Of a DNA stretch of 64,000 nucleotides, positions 30,769 through 39,765 are shown piece after piece. How positions within the stretch are numbered: the stretch's first letter is position 1; the number at the start of each line of letters is the position of its first letter. This stretch comes from Bacteroidales bacterium (GTDB lineage Bacteria; Bacteroidota; Bacteroidia; Bacteroidales; FEN-979). The notes beneath the pieces are model-generated. The model was not told the DNA's origin and made no database searches. It worked only from the letters and a program-made list of their open reading frames with translations. A program made the position numbers and the translations under genes. Location: the NCBI GenBank assembly GCA_038212325.1, contig JBBQUQ010000003.1, positions 816-64,815 on the forward strand. Reading direction: 5' to 3'.

Positions 30769-30776
30769 CAAAGGTA
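30769..30776 (-). promoter_or_regulatory. putative -7 box for purF
   Basis: TACCTTTG on the minus strand, 19 nt upstream of ATG 30749. It is part of a 13-nt string, TACCTTTGCGGCC, that is also found at 53236-53248. Confidence 0.45.
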
Positions 30777-30947
30777 TGAATTATTACCGATTGCAATGCA
30801 ATTCGATCAGCCTGGCCGCCTGCCTGTTCCCAAGCATGCGTGCCCTCTCCCAGTCTCAAGCGTTGCAGTAATTCCCAACAGGATCATGAACAGGTAATCA
30901 GATTGTAAAAGTATTACAATATCCTTGTTTAGCTGGGAAAACCAGCC

Positions 30948-30955
30948 TATTTTTG
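30948..30955 (+). promoter_or_regulatory. putative -7 box for selU / nifS-selD
   Basis: TATTTTTG, 21 nt upstream of ATG 30977. The TTG track start at 30953 lies inside it. Confidence 0.45.
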
Positions 30956-30976
30956 ACAAAAACTCTAATTTACCCG

Positions 30977-32008
30977 ATGATCAGGCCAATTGAACCGACC
31001 AGTTTTTTAGCGCAAGCGGCCCGAATGCCGGTTATCGATGTTCGATCGCCGGGAGAGTATGCACAGGGCCATGTTCCGGGAGCCATTAACATCCCGGTTT
31101 TCGATGATGACGAACGGGCAATGGTCGGAACCCTCTATGTTCGGTCGGGGAAGGATGAGGCCATATTGAAAGGCCTCGACGTGGCGTTGCCAAAAACCGG
31201 GATGTATATACGATCAGCGAGAGAGATTCCGGCGTTTGGCGGAGAAATTCTCGTTCATTGCTGGCGGGGCGGATTGCGCAGTGTCTTGATGGCGGAAGTA
31301 TTCAGCAAGGCCGGGTATGATGTTTATTTGTTGGCCGGCGGCTATAAGGCCTACAGGCGATTTATCCGTGAAGGGCTTGCAAGGCCTGCACGGATCATGG
31401 TTTTGGGAGGCTTCACCGGAAGCGGAAAAACAGAATTATTGCATGCGATTGCCTGCAGGGGTGAACAGGTGATCGACCTCGAAGGGTTGGCCTGCCACAA
31501 GGGGTCTGTTTTCGGGGCGCTTGGACAGCCTCCGCAACCCACCAATGAGCAATTTGAAAATGATTTGTATGCCCGCTGGTCGGAGATCGACCCTTCACGT
31601 TTCGTGTGGATTGAGGATGAGAGCCGCATGATCGGCAGGCTCACCCTGCCCGATCCGGTGGTGGCGCATATCGCCTCAAGCAGGCTGCTCAAGGTGGTGA
31701 TGGACCCGGAGATTCGCATTAAACGCCTGGTAAAGGAGTATGCCGCGTTTGACAAGCAGCAACTGGCGGATGCGATCAACCGGATTGCCGAACGCCTGGG
31801 AGGTGCCCGCACCCGGGAGGCGATCAATGCCCTTGACAACAACCAATTTCATGTGGTTGCAGCCATTGCACTTGCCTATTATGACAAAGCATACCTGTTT
31901 TCAACGTTGCGCAGGGAGCAAAAGCATGTGCATGAAATTCAAATCTCAGGTGAGGATATTGAAGCAGATGCTTCGAAGATCATTGATTTTGCTTATAAAT
32001 TGTGTTGA
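30977..32008 (+). CDS. selU: tRNA 2-selenouridine synthase
   Basis: It has a rhodanese domain (IDVRSPGEYAQGHVPGAINIP, active-site CWRGGLRS) followed by a P-loop (GGFTGSGKT). Confidence 0.85.
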   Translation: MIRPIEPTSFLAQAARMPVIDVRSPGEYAQGHVPGAINIPVFDDDERAMVGTLYVRSGKDEAILKGLDVALPKTGMYIRSAREIPAFGGEILVHCWRGGLRSVLMAEVFSKAGYDVYLLAGGYKAYRRFIREGLARPARIMVLGGFTGSGKTELLHAIACRGEQVIDLEGLACHKGSVFGALGQPPQPTNEQFENDLYARWSEIDPSRFVWIEDESRMIGRLTLPDPVVAHIASSRLLKVVMDPEIRIKRLVKEYAAFDKQQLADAINRIAERLGGARTREAINALDNNQFHVVAAIALAYYDKAYLFSTLRREQKHVHEIQISGEDIEADASKIIDFAYKLC

Positions 32009-32009
32009 C

Positions 32010-34193
32010 ATGGAACCGATATATCTTGATTTTAATGCAACAACGCCTGTGGATCCACTGGTGGCTGAGGCTATCCGCCCTTACCTGGAACACTATTTTG
32101 GAAATCCGTCAAGTGCCCATCCTTATGCAGCCGGGCCAAAGAGTGCCATTATCGCAGCCAGGAGACAAATCGCATCCCTGTTGAATGCCCGGAGCGACGA
32201 GATTGTTTTCACCAGCGGTGGTACGGAGTCAAACAATTTTGCCATCAAAGGTGCTGCTTTTGCAAACCGGCACAAGGGGAACCACATCATTACCACAGCC
32301 ATTGAACATCCTGCCGTGACGGAAGTTTGCCGCTACCTCGAAAAATCAGGCTTCAGCATTACCTGGCTGCCGGTGGATGAATTCGGGATGGTTGACCCCG
32401 AAGAGGTTAAACATGCAATTACCGCTTCCACCATCCTGATCACGGTGATGCATGCAAACAATGAAACGGGTACGATACAGCCCATTGAGGAAATCGGAAA
32501 AATTGCCCGGAAACACGGGATTCTCTTTCATACCGACGCCGCCCAGTCGGTTGGCAAGATCCCTGTTGACGTGGAGAAGCTCCATGTTGATCTGCTCTCT
32601 GTTGCGGGTCATAAATTATATGCCCCGAAAGGTGTTGGTGCGCTTTATATCCGGCGAGGTGTCAAGCTTGAAAAGCTTATTCATGGCGCCGATCATGAAT
32701 CGAATCTCCGGGCCGGAACAGAAAATGTGATGGAGATCGTGGGCTTAGGTAAAGCAGCCGGGATCGCACAGCAATTGCTGACCCGGGATTCAGAACACGC
32801 CATGCGCGATTTTCGTGATCAGCTCCACGCAGGCATACGCCTGGCGGTGCCGGAAGTTCGCTTGAATGGTCACACTGAATTGCGGTTGCCCAATACCCTT
32901 AGCCTCGGATTTCCTGATGTTGAGGCTGCCATGCTGCTCGCAGAGATGAATGGTGTTGCAGCCTCTGCAGGAGCCGCCTGCCATGCCGATCAAACGGATA
33001 TTTCAGGTGTGCTGACGGCCATGCATGTCCCCATGAGATTCGCGATGGGAACAGTTCGTTTTTCAATCGGTCGAAGTACCACCCGTGAAGAGATCCATGC
33101 TGCCATATCCATTGTTGCGAACGCATACCGGGGTTTAACAGGGGAGGCAAAACATGAGGAATCCCATATCCGCCTTACAGAATACACCCATTCACTGGGT
33201 TGTGCCTGCAAAATCAGGCCCCAACTTCTTGAAAAAATATTAAAAGGCATCCCGGTTAAAAGCAACCCGGCAATTTTGGTGGGCCATGAAACATCGGATG
33301 ATGCGGCAGTTTACCTGATTGATGACCATACGGCCATCGTTCAAACGGTTGATTTCATTCCGCCGGTAGTCGACGATCCCTATATGTACGGCGCCATTGC
33401 AGCGGCTAATGCATTGAGCGACATATACGCAATGGGAGGAAAGCCACTTTTTGCCCTCAGCATAGTCGGATTTCCCGATCGGAAATTGCCCATCGAGGTG
33501 CTGCATCAGATATTGAAAGGTGCGAACGATAAAGTTGCCGAAGCAGGAATCCAGGTGATTGGCGGCCACAGCATCGAAGACAATGAACCCAAATTCGGAT
33601 TGGTGGTGACCGGCCATGTTCACCCGGCAAAAATCTTACGAAACTCCACTGCAAGGGCGGGAGACGCCCTTGTTTTGACAAAACCGCTGGGAACCGGCAT
33701 CATAACCACCGCAATCAAGCGGGGTTTGGCTGATCCTGCGGTCATTGCCCGGGTGATGCAGGTGATGGCTGAACTCAACAGGCTCTCGGCCGAAATCATG
33801 TCGGAATTTCCGGTAAACGCGTGCACCGATGTTACCGGGTTCGGTTTGCTGGGCCATTTGAAAGAGATGGTTTGCGGGGCCGGCGTGGAGGCAGTTATAT
33901 TCGCCGACAGGGTTCCTGTTCTTGATTCAGCCTGGGAATATGTTGCTGCCGGATTGGTTCCCGGAGGCACCAAAAATAACCTGGACTATGTGAAGCAGTT
34001 TGTGCAATGGGATGATGCAACACCGGAACTGATGAAACTTATTTTCGCGGATGCACAAACCTCGGGTGGCCTGCTTATTTCATTGCCGGAGCACCATGCG
34101 ATGGAATTGGTCGCACGCATGCATGACGCAGGCAACCCCGATGCCGCAATCATAGGAAAAATTATGGCAGGCGTTCCGCGGATCATTGTTTGA
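32010..34193 (+). CDS. selD: fusion protein: NifS-like cysteine desulfurase / selenocysteine lyase (N-terminal) plus selenide, water dikinase SelD (C-terminal)
   Basis: Start set at ATG 32010, 1 nt after the selU stop. The N-terminal half is a class V aminotransferase (YLDFNATTP, GGTESNN, SVAGHKLYAPKGVGALY, SAGAACH). From about nt 33165 it aligns with SelD (RLTEYTHSLGCACKIRP, TVDFIPPVVDDPYMYGAIAAANALSDIYAMGGKP, DVTGFGLLGH, DAQTSGGLL). Confidence 0.85.
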   Translation: MEPIYLDFNATTPVDPLVAEAIRPYLEHYFGNPSSAHPYAAGPKSAIIAARRQIASLLNARSDEIVFTSGGTESNNFAIKGAAFANRHKGNHIITTAIEHPAVTEVCRYLEKSGFSITWLPVDEFGMVDPEEVKHAITASTILITVMHANNETGTIQPIEEIGKIARKHGILFHTDAAQSVGKIPVDVEKLHVDLLSVAGHKLYAPKGVGALYIRRGVKLEKLIHGADHESNLRAGTENVMEIVGLGKAAGIAQQLLTRDSEHAMRDFRDQLHAGIRLAVPEVRLNGHTELRLPNTLSLGFPDVEAAMLLAEMNGVAASAGAACHADQTDISGVLTAMHVPMRFAMGTVRFSIGRSTTREEIHAAISIVANAYRGLTGEAKHEESHIRLTEYTHSLGCACKIRPQLLEKILKGIPVKSNPAILVGHETSDDAAVYLIDDHTAIVQTVDFIPPVVDDPYMYGAIAAANALSDIYAMGGKPLFALSIVGFPDRKLPIEVLHQILKGANDKVAEAGIQVIGGHSIEDNEPKFGLVVTGHVHPAKILRNSTARAGDALVLTKPLGTGIITTAIKRGLADPAVIARVMQVMAELNRLSAEIMSEFPVNACTDVTGFGLLGHLKEMVCGAGVEAVIFADRVPVLDSAWEYVAAGLVPGGTKNNLDYVKQFVQWDDATPELMKLIFADAQTSGGLLISLPEHHAMELVARMHDAGNPDAAIIGKIMAGVPRIIV

Positions 34194-35970
34194 TGGCTTC
34201 GAGCACTTTCCGGTCGTAGATTTTTCCCACCGGATAAACCGCTTTCAGGTTGTCGGAATATGGAGATTTATTGTAGAACCAGTTAAGGATCTGCTGCGGA
34301 TTTCGTGCGAAGGCAGTATCTGCCGATTTTTTCTGTTCAAATTCCTGCTTAAGCGCAGGATTATTGTCCATCATTTCACGGGCCATTTTTTCAACCACGT
34401 ATGATTCGCCATACTCTTTCTGCTCAAATGTGGCGTCGAAAAAACCCCAGTAAACAAACGACCCATTGCCTTTCGGCTCGAGGATATGGGGAATGATACG
34501 CCCCGCAGGCTGCATCACCTCCACCAAAACTGAACCGGCCGAAAACACCCTGGTTTCTTCTGTTTCGTCATATTCGATGTTGGTCATCGGATGTCGTCCT
34601 TCATATGGATTCTGCTGCCATTTCGGATTTTTAAACCGACAGGTGGCGACCCGCATGGTTTCATTCCTCGTTAGCTTCGTTAGCTTTATGCCATGGATTT
34701 TTAAACGGTCAATCACTGCAGCCCATTCAGCCGGAACGATGTATGCATAGGGTAACTTTGCCGCAACGGCAGGGATGGCGGTGAAAAAATAGGGGATATT
34801 CAATGTTGTTGGAATGTTGCTGTACCGGAACCAGTCGCCTCCGCTGATATCGCTTTTTACTGCCTTGTATTCCACGCCCAGGAAGTCGACCATGGTGCTG
34901 TCATCCTTGCGGGTTTCAAACCGGAGCGGAAACGGTGCATCTAAAAAAGATTCGCTGCTTACGAGGCCGTCGGCTTTTCGAATCAGCATTTTCAGGTTTT
35001 CCGACTCTTTATCCAGGATTTCAAGTGTTGTGCGTATGCATTCATAAGTGGCTTCCACCCGCTGCTGATAGGGTTTGAGCATGTGGGTTTCGATCAGCAG
35101 TCCGGGGCGGTTTCTCAGTGCAGTGTAGCCCTGCGAAAGCATCGGGGGGGCCACTTCAGTAACCAGCCCGCTGCGGGGATCATGCCAGTTCCGGAACCCG
35201 ACATAAGGAAAAACCGGGTAACCGCCTTCATTCATGTGTGTCTGCATTTGCCTGATAAAGGTGCTCTTTGACCAGTTTGTGAGCCCTTCGTCCATGTCGC
35301 CATATATCTCCATCAGGTAGGTAAGCACATACTGGTAGTCGGCCCCGTCGGTGGTATGGGAGTCAATAAAAAAATCGGGCATCCAGTTGTTGAACATTTT
35401 CAGCCATGCCTGCATCTCCGGGGAATCGGCCTTGAGAAAATCACGGTTGAGGTTGAGGTTATTGGCTGTAGTGCGCCAGCCCATCTCCTTAGGCCCGTTC
35501 TGGTTGATGCGGTTGTAGGGGCCAAACCGTTCGTGCCCGTCGACATTGAATATGGGAATGAAGAGGATGGAGACGTTTTCAAGCAATTTGGATACGGGTT
35601 TCTGCATGGCCAGGTTTCTCACCAGCATCAATCCTGCGTCTTTGCCCTCGCTTTCCCCGGCATGGATACAGGCCTGGACTAACAGGATTGTACGTCCTGC
35701 AGCATGGATTGCTTCCGGATCACTGAGACCTTGCCGGTCGAGGATCAGCAATGGAAGATCGTTTCCCCGGGCGCTTTTCCCGAAGGTGATATAAGAAATC
35801 ATTTCTGATGCGGCAGCAAGCCGCCTGCAATAATCGATTGTCTCCTGGTATCGTGGTGTTTCAAGCATCCCTGACTTTTCGTAAAATGTCTGCAAATCAG
35901 CATTTTGTGAAATTGCGGCATTTTGGAAAACAAGGATTGCGAGAATCAGGTAACATCGTTTCATAGGCAT
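34183..35970 (-). CDS. M14 family zinc carboxypeptidase, secreted
   Basis: 595 aa with a signal peptide. It has the HAGESEG zinc-binding motif and NVDGHERF, NLNRDF and IDSHTTDG. Confidence 0.8.
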   Translation of the reverse strand: MPMKRCYLILAILVFQNAAISQNADLQTFYEKSGMLETPRYQETIDYCRRLAAASEMISYITFGKSARGNDLPLLILDRQGLSDPEAIHAAGRTILLVQACIHAGESEGKDAGLMLVRNLAMQKPVSKLLENVSILFIPIFNVDGHERFGPYNRINQNGPKEMGWRTTANNLNLNRDFLKADSPEMQAWLKMFNNWMPDFFIDSHTTDGADYQYVLTYLMEIYGDMDEGLTNWSKSTFIRQMQTHMNEGGYPVFPYVGFRNWHDPRSGLVTEVAPPMLSQGYTALRNRPGLLIETHMLKPYQQRVEATYECIRTTLEILDKESENLKMLIRKADGLVSSESFLDAPFPLRFETRKDDSTMVDFLGVEYKAVKSDISGGDWFRYSNIPTTLNIPYFFTAIPAVAAKLPYAYIVPAEWAAVIDRLKIHGIKLTKLTRNETMRVATCRFKNPKWQQNPYEGRHPMTNIEYDETEETRVFSAGSVLVEVMQPAGRIIPHILEPKGNGSFVYWGFFDATFEQKEYGESYVVEKMAREMMDNNPALKQEFEQKKSADTAFARNPQQILNWFYNKSPYSDNLKAVYPVGKIYDRKVLEAIKQ

Positions 35971-35985
35971 TCGTTGCTAAGTTGC

Positions 35986-35993
35986 CAAACATA
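35986..35993 (-). promoter_or_regulatory. putative -7 box for the M14 peptidase gene
   Basis: TATGTTTG on the minus strand, 15 nt upstream of ATG 35970. Confidence 0.4.
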
Positions 35994-36037
35994 CAAAAAA
36001 AAATGGTTCTTCGAAGTGTAAAAGGGTCATTTTTAAC

Positions 36038-36045
36038 TAATTTTG
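36038..36045 (+). promoter_or_regulatory. putative -7 box for the BNR T9SS gene
   Basis: TAATTTTG, 22 nt upstream of ATG 36068. Confidence 0.45.
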
Positions 36046-36067
36046 CAGATCGAAAAACCTGAAAAAA

Positions 36068-37627
36068 ATGCATAACCTGCTGTTAGGCGCTCTCCTGTTT
36101 TTAGCTTTTTCAACAAAGCTGACTGCTCAATATCCGAATATCGTCATCGGAACCGAGAATGAACCCAATGAGCCCTCCATTTGCATCAATCCGAAAAACA
36201 CAAACGAGATGGTTGCCGGTTCCAATACCGAAAACTACTATTATTCGTCAGACGGAGGGGTTAGCTGGACTTCCGGCGTGCTTACCTCAACCTACGGCGT
36301 ATGGGGCGATCCGGTCATCATCGCCGACACTGCCGGCAGTTTCTGTTTTTTCCACCTTTCTGTTCCAAGCTGGCCGCAATGGCTTGACCGGATTGTTTGT
36401 CAAAAGTCGGTTAACGGGGGCCAGACCTGGAGCAATGGATCCTTCATGGGGCTGAACGGGTCGAAGGACCAGGATAAGGAGTGGGCAGTTGTTGATCCGT
36501 CGAACAATGCCATCCACACCTGTTGGACCCAGTTTGATGCTTACAACAGCACGGCCCCCCAGGACAGTTCCAACATCATGTTCAGCAGTTCTTCCGACGG
36601 CGGCCTTACCTGGAGCTCCGCGACAAGGATCAATACCAAGGCCGGCGACTGTGTTGATATGGATAATACAGTGGAAGGTGCGGTGCCAGCTGTCGGTCCC
36701 AATGGAGAGATCTATGTTTCCTGGGCCGGCCCCCTTGGGCTCATCTTCACAAAATCGACCGATGGAGGGAATACCTGGCCCGCAACTAACCAGGTGATCG
36801 GCGACATGCCGGGCGGCTGGGATTTCGCAGTGCCCGGGATATATCGTGCCAACGGATTGCCGGTAACATGCTGCGACCTGAGCAGCGGGCCTAACCGGGG
36901 AACCATCTACATCAACTGGTCGGATCAGCGGAATGGAGAGTATGACACTGATGTATGGATCATTAAATCGACCGACGGTGGCACGAGCTGGTCTGCTCCA
37001 AAACGGATCAACGATGACCCCGCCGGCCGGCAGCAATTTTTTACCTGGATGACGATTGACCAGGTAACAGGCTATATCTATACTGTTTTTTACGACCGGC
37101 GTAATTACACCAGCAACCTTACGGATGTTTATATGGCAGTTTCAAAGGATGGTGGTGAAACTTTTGCAAATATCAAAGTCAGTGAAACACCCTTCAATCC
37201 CGATCCTGCGATTTTTTTTGGAGACTACACCAACATTTCAGCACATAACAACATTGTACGCCCTATCTGGACGAGACTGCAAAATGGATCCCTGAGTATC
37301 ATGACCGCCCTGGCCGACTCTGTTTTTGTGGGGTTAAGTCCTGAAAAAGAATCTGTTGTGCCGTTTTCACTTGATCAGAACTATCCCAATCCCGTGCAGA
37401 ACGTCACCTATATCGCCTACAAGGTTCCGGTTCCAACCAGGGTTAGCCTTCAAGTATTTGATATATGCGGAAATAAAGTTGCCACCCTTCTTTCCAATAC
37501 TGAGGTGCCGGCCGGAAAGCAAATCGAACAGTTCAACAGCCGGGAGTTCGGCCTAGTACCCGGGTTTTACTATTACACTCTTATCAGCGGGGACCAGCTT
37601 CTCAAGCGGAAAATGGTTGTTGAGTAA
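36068..37627 (+). CDS. BNR/Asp-box repeat (sialidase-fold) protein with T9SS C-terminal sorting domain
   Basis: It has a signal peptide and repeated Asp-boxes (SSDGGVSW, SVNGGQTW, SSDGGLTW, STDGGNTW, STDGGTSW, SKDGGETF). The C-terminus, LDQNYPNPV...VSLQVFDICGNKV...GFYYYTL....LKRKMVV, is a type A sorting domain. Confidence 0.75.
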   Translation: MHNLLLGALLFLAFSTKLTAQYPNIVIGTENEPNEPSICINPKNTNEMVAGSNTENYYYSSDGGVSWTSGVLTSTYGVWGDPVIIADTAGSFCFFHLSVPSWPQWLDRIVCQKSVNGGQTWSNGSFMGLNGSKDQDKEWAVVDPSNNAIHTCWTQFDAYNSTAPQDSSNIMFSSSSDGGLTWSSATRINTKAGDCVDMDNTVEGAVPAVGPNGEIYVSWAGPLGLIFTKSTDGGNTWPATNQVIGDMPGGWDFAVPGIYRANGLPVTCCDLSSGPNRGTIYINWSDQRNGEYDTDVWIIKSTDGGTSWSAPKRINDDPAGRQQFFTWMTIDQVTGYIYTVFYDRRNYTSNLTDVYMAVSKDGGETFANIKVSETPFNPDPAIFFGDYTNISAHNNIVRPIWTRLQNGSLSIMTALADSVFVGLSPEKESVVPFSLDQNYPNPVQNVTYIAYKVPVPTRVSLQVFDICGNKVATLLSNTEVPAGKQIEQFNSREFGLVPGFYYYTLISGDQLLKRKMVVE

Positions 37628-37684
37628 CAACGGAGCGGCAGAAACTTTTTACCCTTGTTTTGTTTCTTTTACCCGAATTATTCC

Positions 37685-37692
37685 TACCTTTG
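37685..37692 (+). promoter_or_regulatory. putative -7 box for TetR-1 / TolC
   Basis: TACCTTTG, 67 nt upstream of ATG 37760. Confidence 0.4.
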
Positions 37693-37759
37693 TCTCGGTG
37701 CAGGCTGATTATTGATGGTAAAATATTTACGCACTGCCATACACCAACCACAAGAGTGA

Positions 37760-38395
37760 ATGGATAAAGCATTGGTCGACATCCTGGAAAGAGTCAGGGA
37801 ACTTTTTTACAAATATGGTGTCAGGAGCATCTCCGTCGATGACATCTGTCGTGATCTGGGCATGTCGAAAAAGAAGCTGTACCAGCATGTTCCCAGTAAA
37901 ACCGAACTTGTTTCAAAGTTACTTGAACTTGAGCGCCAGAACTTCGAGATCATTTTTGACCACCATAATTTCGAAGGGGTGAACGCTATCGACATTTTGC
38001 TCATTGTCAGCCGCGATCTTGGTGATCGTTTCAGGGATGTAAGCCCCTCCATGACCTTTGACCTGAAGAAATATTACCCCGACATCTATCACCGGCACAT
38101 CGATGAGCGCATTGAATTTATTTACCATAAGATACAAATAAACCTGCAAAAGGGCATCAGCCAGGGAATGTATCGCGATGATCTCAGCATTGAGCTTGTG
38201 GCAAGGCTTTACATTCGCCGTTTGATTGACCTTCATAACCCGGAATTCTTTCCTGCAGATAAATTTTCCTTTCAAACCTTGTTTGATGTAATGTTCGATA
38301 CATTCATCAGGGGCATCGCCAACGGGAATGGAATTGATTACTATGAAAAACAAAAACGGAAGGTTAACTTTAAAAAATTCTCCTCAACCAAATGA
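37760..38395 (+). CDS. TetR/AcrR family transcriptional regulator (paralog 1)
   Basis: It has an N-terminal HTH (YGVRSISVDDICRDLGMSKKKLYQHV). It shares NAI(D/E), PSM.(F/Y)D.(K/R)KYYP and G(M/L)YR with the second TetR at 44419. Confidence 0.85.
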   Translation: MDKALVDILERVRELFYKYGVRSISVDDICRDLGMSKKKLYQHVPSKTELVSKLLELERQNFEIIFDHHNFEGVNAIDILLIVSRDLGDRFRDVSPSMTFDLKKYYPDIYHRHIDERIEFIYHKIQINLQKGISQGMYRDDLSIELVARLYIRRLIDLHNPEFFPADKFSFQTLFDVMFDTFIRGIANGNGIDYYEKQKRKVNFKKFSSTK

Positions 38396-39756
38396 CATAC
38401 CGCTTATTCTTTCCGCTGCTCTCTGTCTGCCTCATGGCAGTGCTGGTTTCATCCGCCCAGAAATCTTCCCCTGGCATGCCTGGCGAAGTGCTTCAATTTT
38501 CGCTTGAACAAGCCCAGGCATACGCCTTTGAGCACAGTTATGACCTGATAAATTCAGCTACCGACGTTGAAATCGCCCGTAAAATGGTCAAGCAGAACAC
38601 CGCCATCGGATTACCACAGGTTAATGCGGGTGTTGACTACACCGATTATTTTATACAGCCGACGACCCTGCTGCCCGGAGAAATTTTTGGTGAACCGGGA
38701 ACTTTTACCCCGGTAACGTTTGGTACAAAATACAACATGACGGTAAAGGGAACACTTACGCAACTTATATACAGCGGTCAATACCTTGTTGGTTTGCAAA
38801 CCGCCAGGGCATTTCTGGAAACCGCCAAACAAAAGGATGTCCGGAATAAAGTCGATGTGCGCGACCAGGTTGCCGATGTCTACATGCGCCTGCTTGTGGT
38901 GAACGAAGGGATCAAAATACTTGATTCTACCTACGTGGTTGTCAGCAAGCTGGTTGAAGAGGCCCGAAAGGCCTATGAAGCCGGTTTAATTGAAGACATT
39001 GAAGTTGACCAGGCTGACTTGAACCGATCGAACCTGGAATCGACCATAACCTATACGAAAAGTCTGAGAGACATCGGCTATGCCAGCCTTAAGTTTTTAA
39101 TGGGGCTGAAGGATAACCAGGAAATGGTGCAAACAGACAACCTGGACTTTTTCCTTGCCCAGGTGAACCGCGAGGCGCTGATCAGCCAGCCGTTTGATTA
39201 CAAGTCGAATATTGATTATACCCTGTTGAAAAAGGCTGATTATCTTACCCTGATGCAATACAAGCTTTCGAAAACCGCGTACCAGCCTACCCTTGCCGGT
39301 TTTTTAAACGCGCAAACGAATGCACAGCGAAATGAATGGACCTTTGCAAATACCAATAAAGTCTGGTATCCTACCGTATTGCTTGGTGTTTCGCTGCAAG
39401 TGCCGATCTGGAGCAGCGGCAGCCGCAAGTATGTTGTTGACCAGGCCAGGCTCAATGTGGAGAAATCCAAAGTCAATGATGAGAAGATGAGAGTCGGATT
39501 AGAACTGCAGGTTGCCACGGTGAAGTCAGATTTCAACAATGCATATGAGATTTATGGGAATAAGTTAAAGGGCTTTGAAACAGCCCGGAAGATTTATGAT
39601 AAAACCATGGAAAAATACAAGCGCGGCATGGTCGGAAGCACTGACCTGAACCAGCGTTACAATCAGTTTCTCATTTCCAACAACGACTACATGCAGTCAA
39701 TCTACACGCTGCTGAGCCAGAAGATCAAGCTGAGCAAATTGTTGGAGAAGTTCTAA
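38392..39756 (+). CDS. TolC family outer membrane efflux protein
   Basis: 454 aa with a signal peptide and the two-repeat coiled-coil/barrel pattern typical of OMF proteins. It overlaps TetR-1 by ATGA. Confidence 0.85.
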   Translation: MTYRLFFPLLSVCLMAVLVSSAQKSSPGMPGEVLQFSLEQAQAYAFEHSYDLINSATDVEIARKMVKQNTAIGLPQVNAGVDYTDYFIQPTTLLPGEIFGEPGTFTPVTFGTKYNMTVKGTLTQLIYSGQYLVGLQTARAFLETAKQKDVRNKVDVRDQVADVYMRLLVVNEGIKILDSTYVVVSKLVEEARKAYEAGLIEDIEVDQADLNRSNLESTITYTKSLRDIGYASLKFLMGLKDNQEMVQTDNLDFFLAQVNREALISQPFDYKSNIDYTLLKKADYLTLMQYKLSKTAYQPTLAGFLNAQTNAQRNEWTFANTNKVWYPTVLLGVSLQVPIWSSGSRKYVVDQARLNVEKSKVNDEKMRVGLELQVATVKSDFNNAYEIYGNKLKGFETARKIYDKTMEKYKRGMVGSTDLNQRYNQFLISNNDYMQSIYTLLSQKIKLSKLLEKF

Positions 39757-39765
39757 AAATATTTC

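Noticed and set aside
31740-32009. N-terminal 90 codons of the 817-aa track ORF
   Set aside because: This stretch overlaps the 3-prime end of selU in another frame and translates to non-homologous sequence. The NifS-like domain begins exactly at ATG 32010 (MEPIYLDFNATTP), 1 nt after the selU stop.
33165-33215. Selenocysteine (UGA) recoding at the SelD active site
   Set aside because: The catalytic loop reads GCACK with an ordinary Cys codon, and the frame has no internal TGA.
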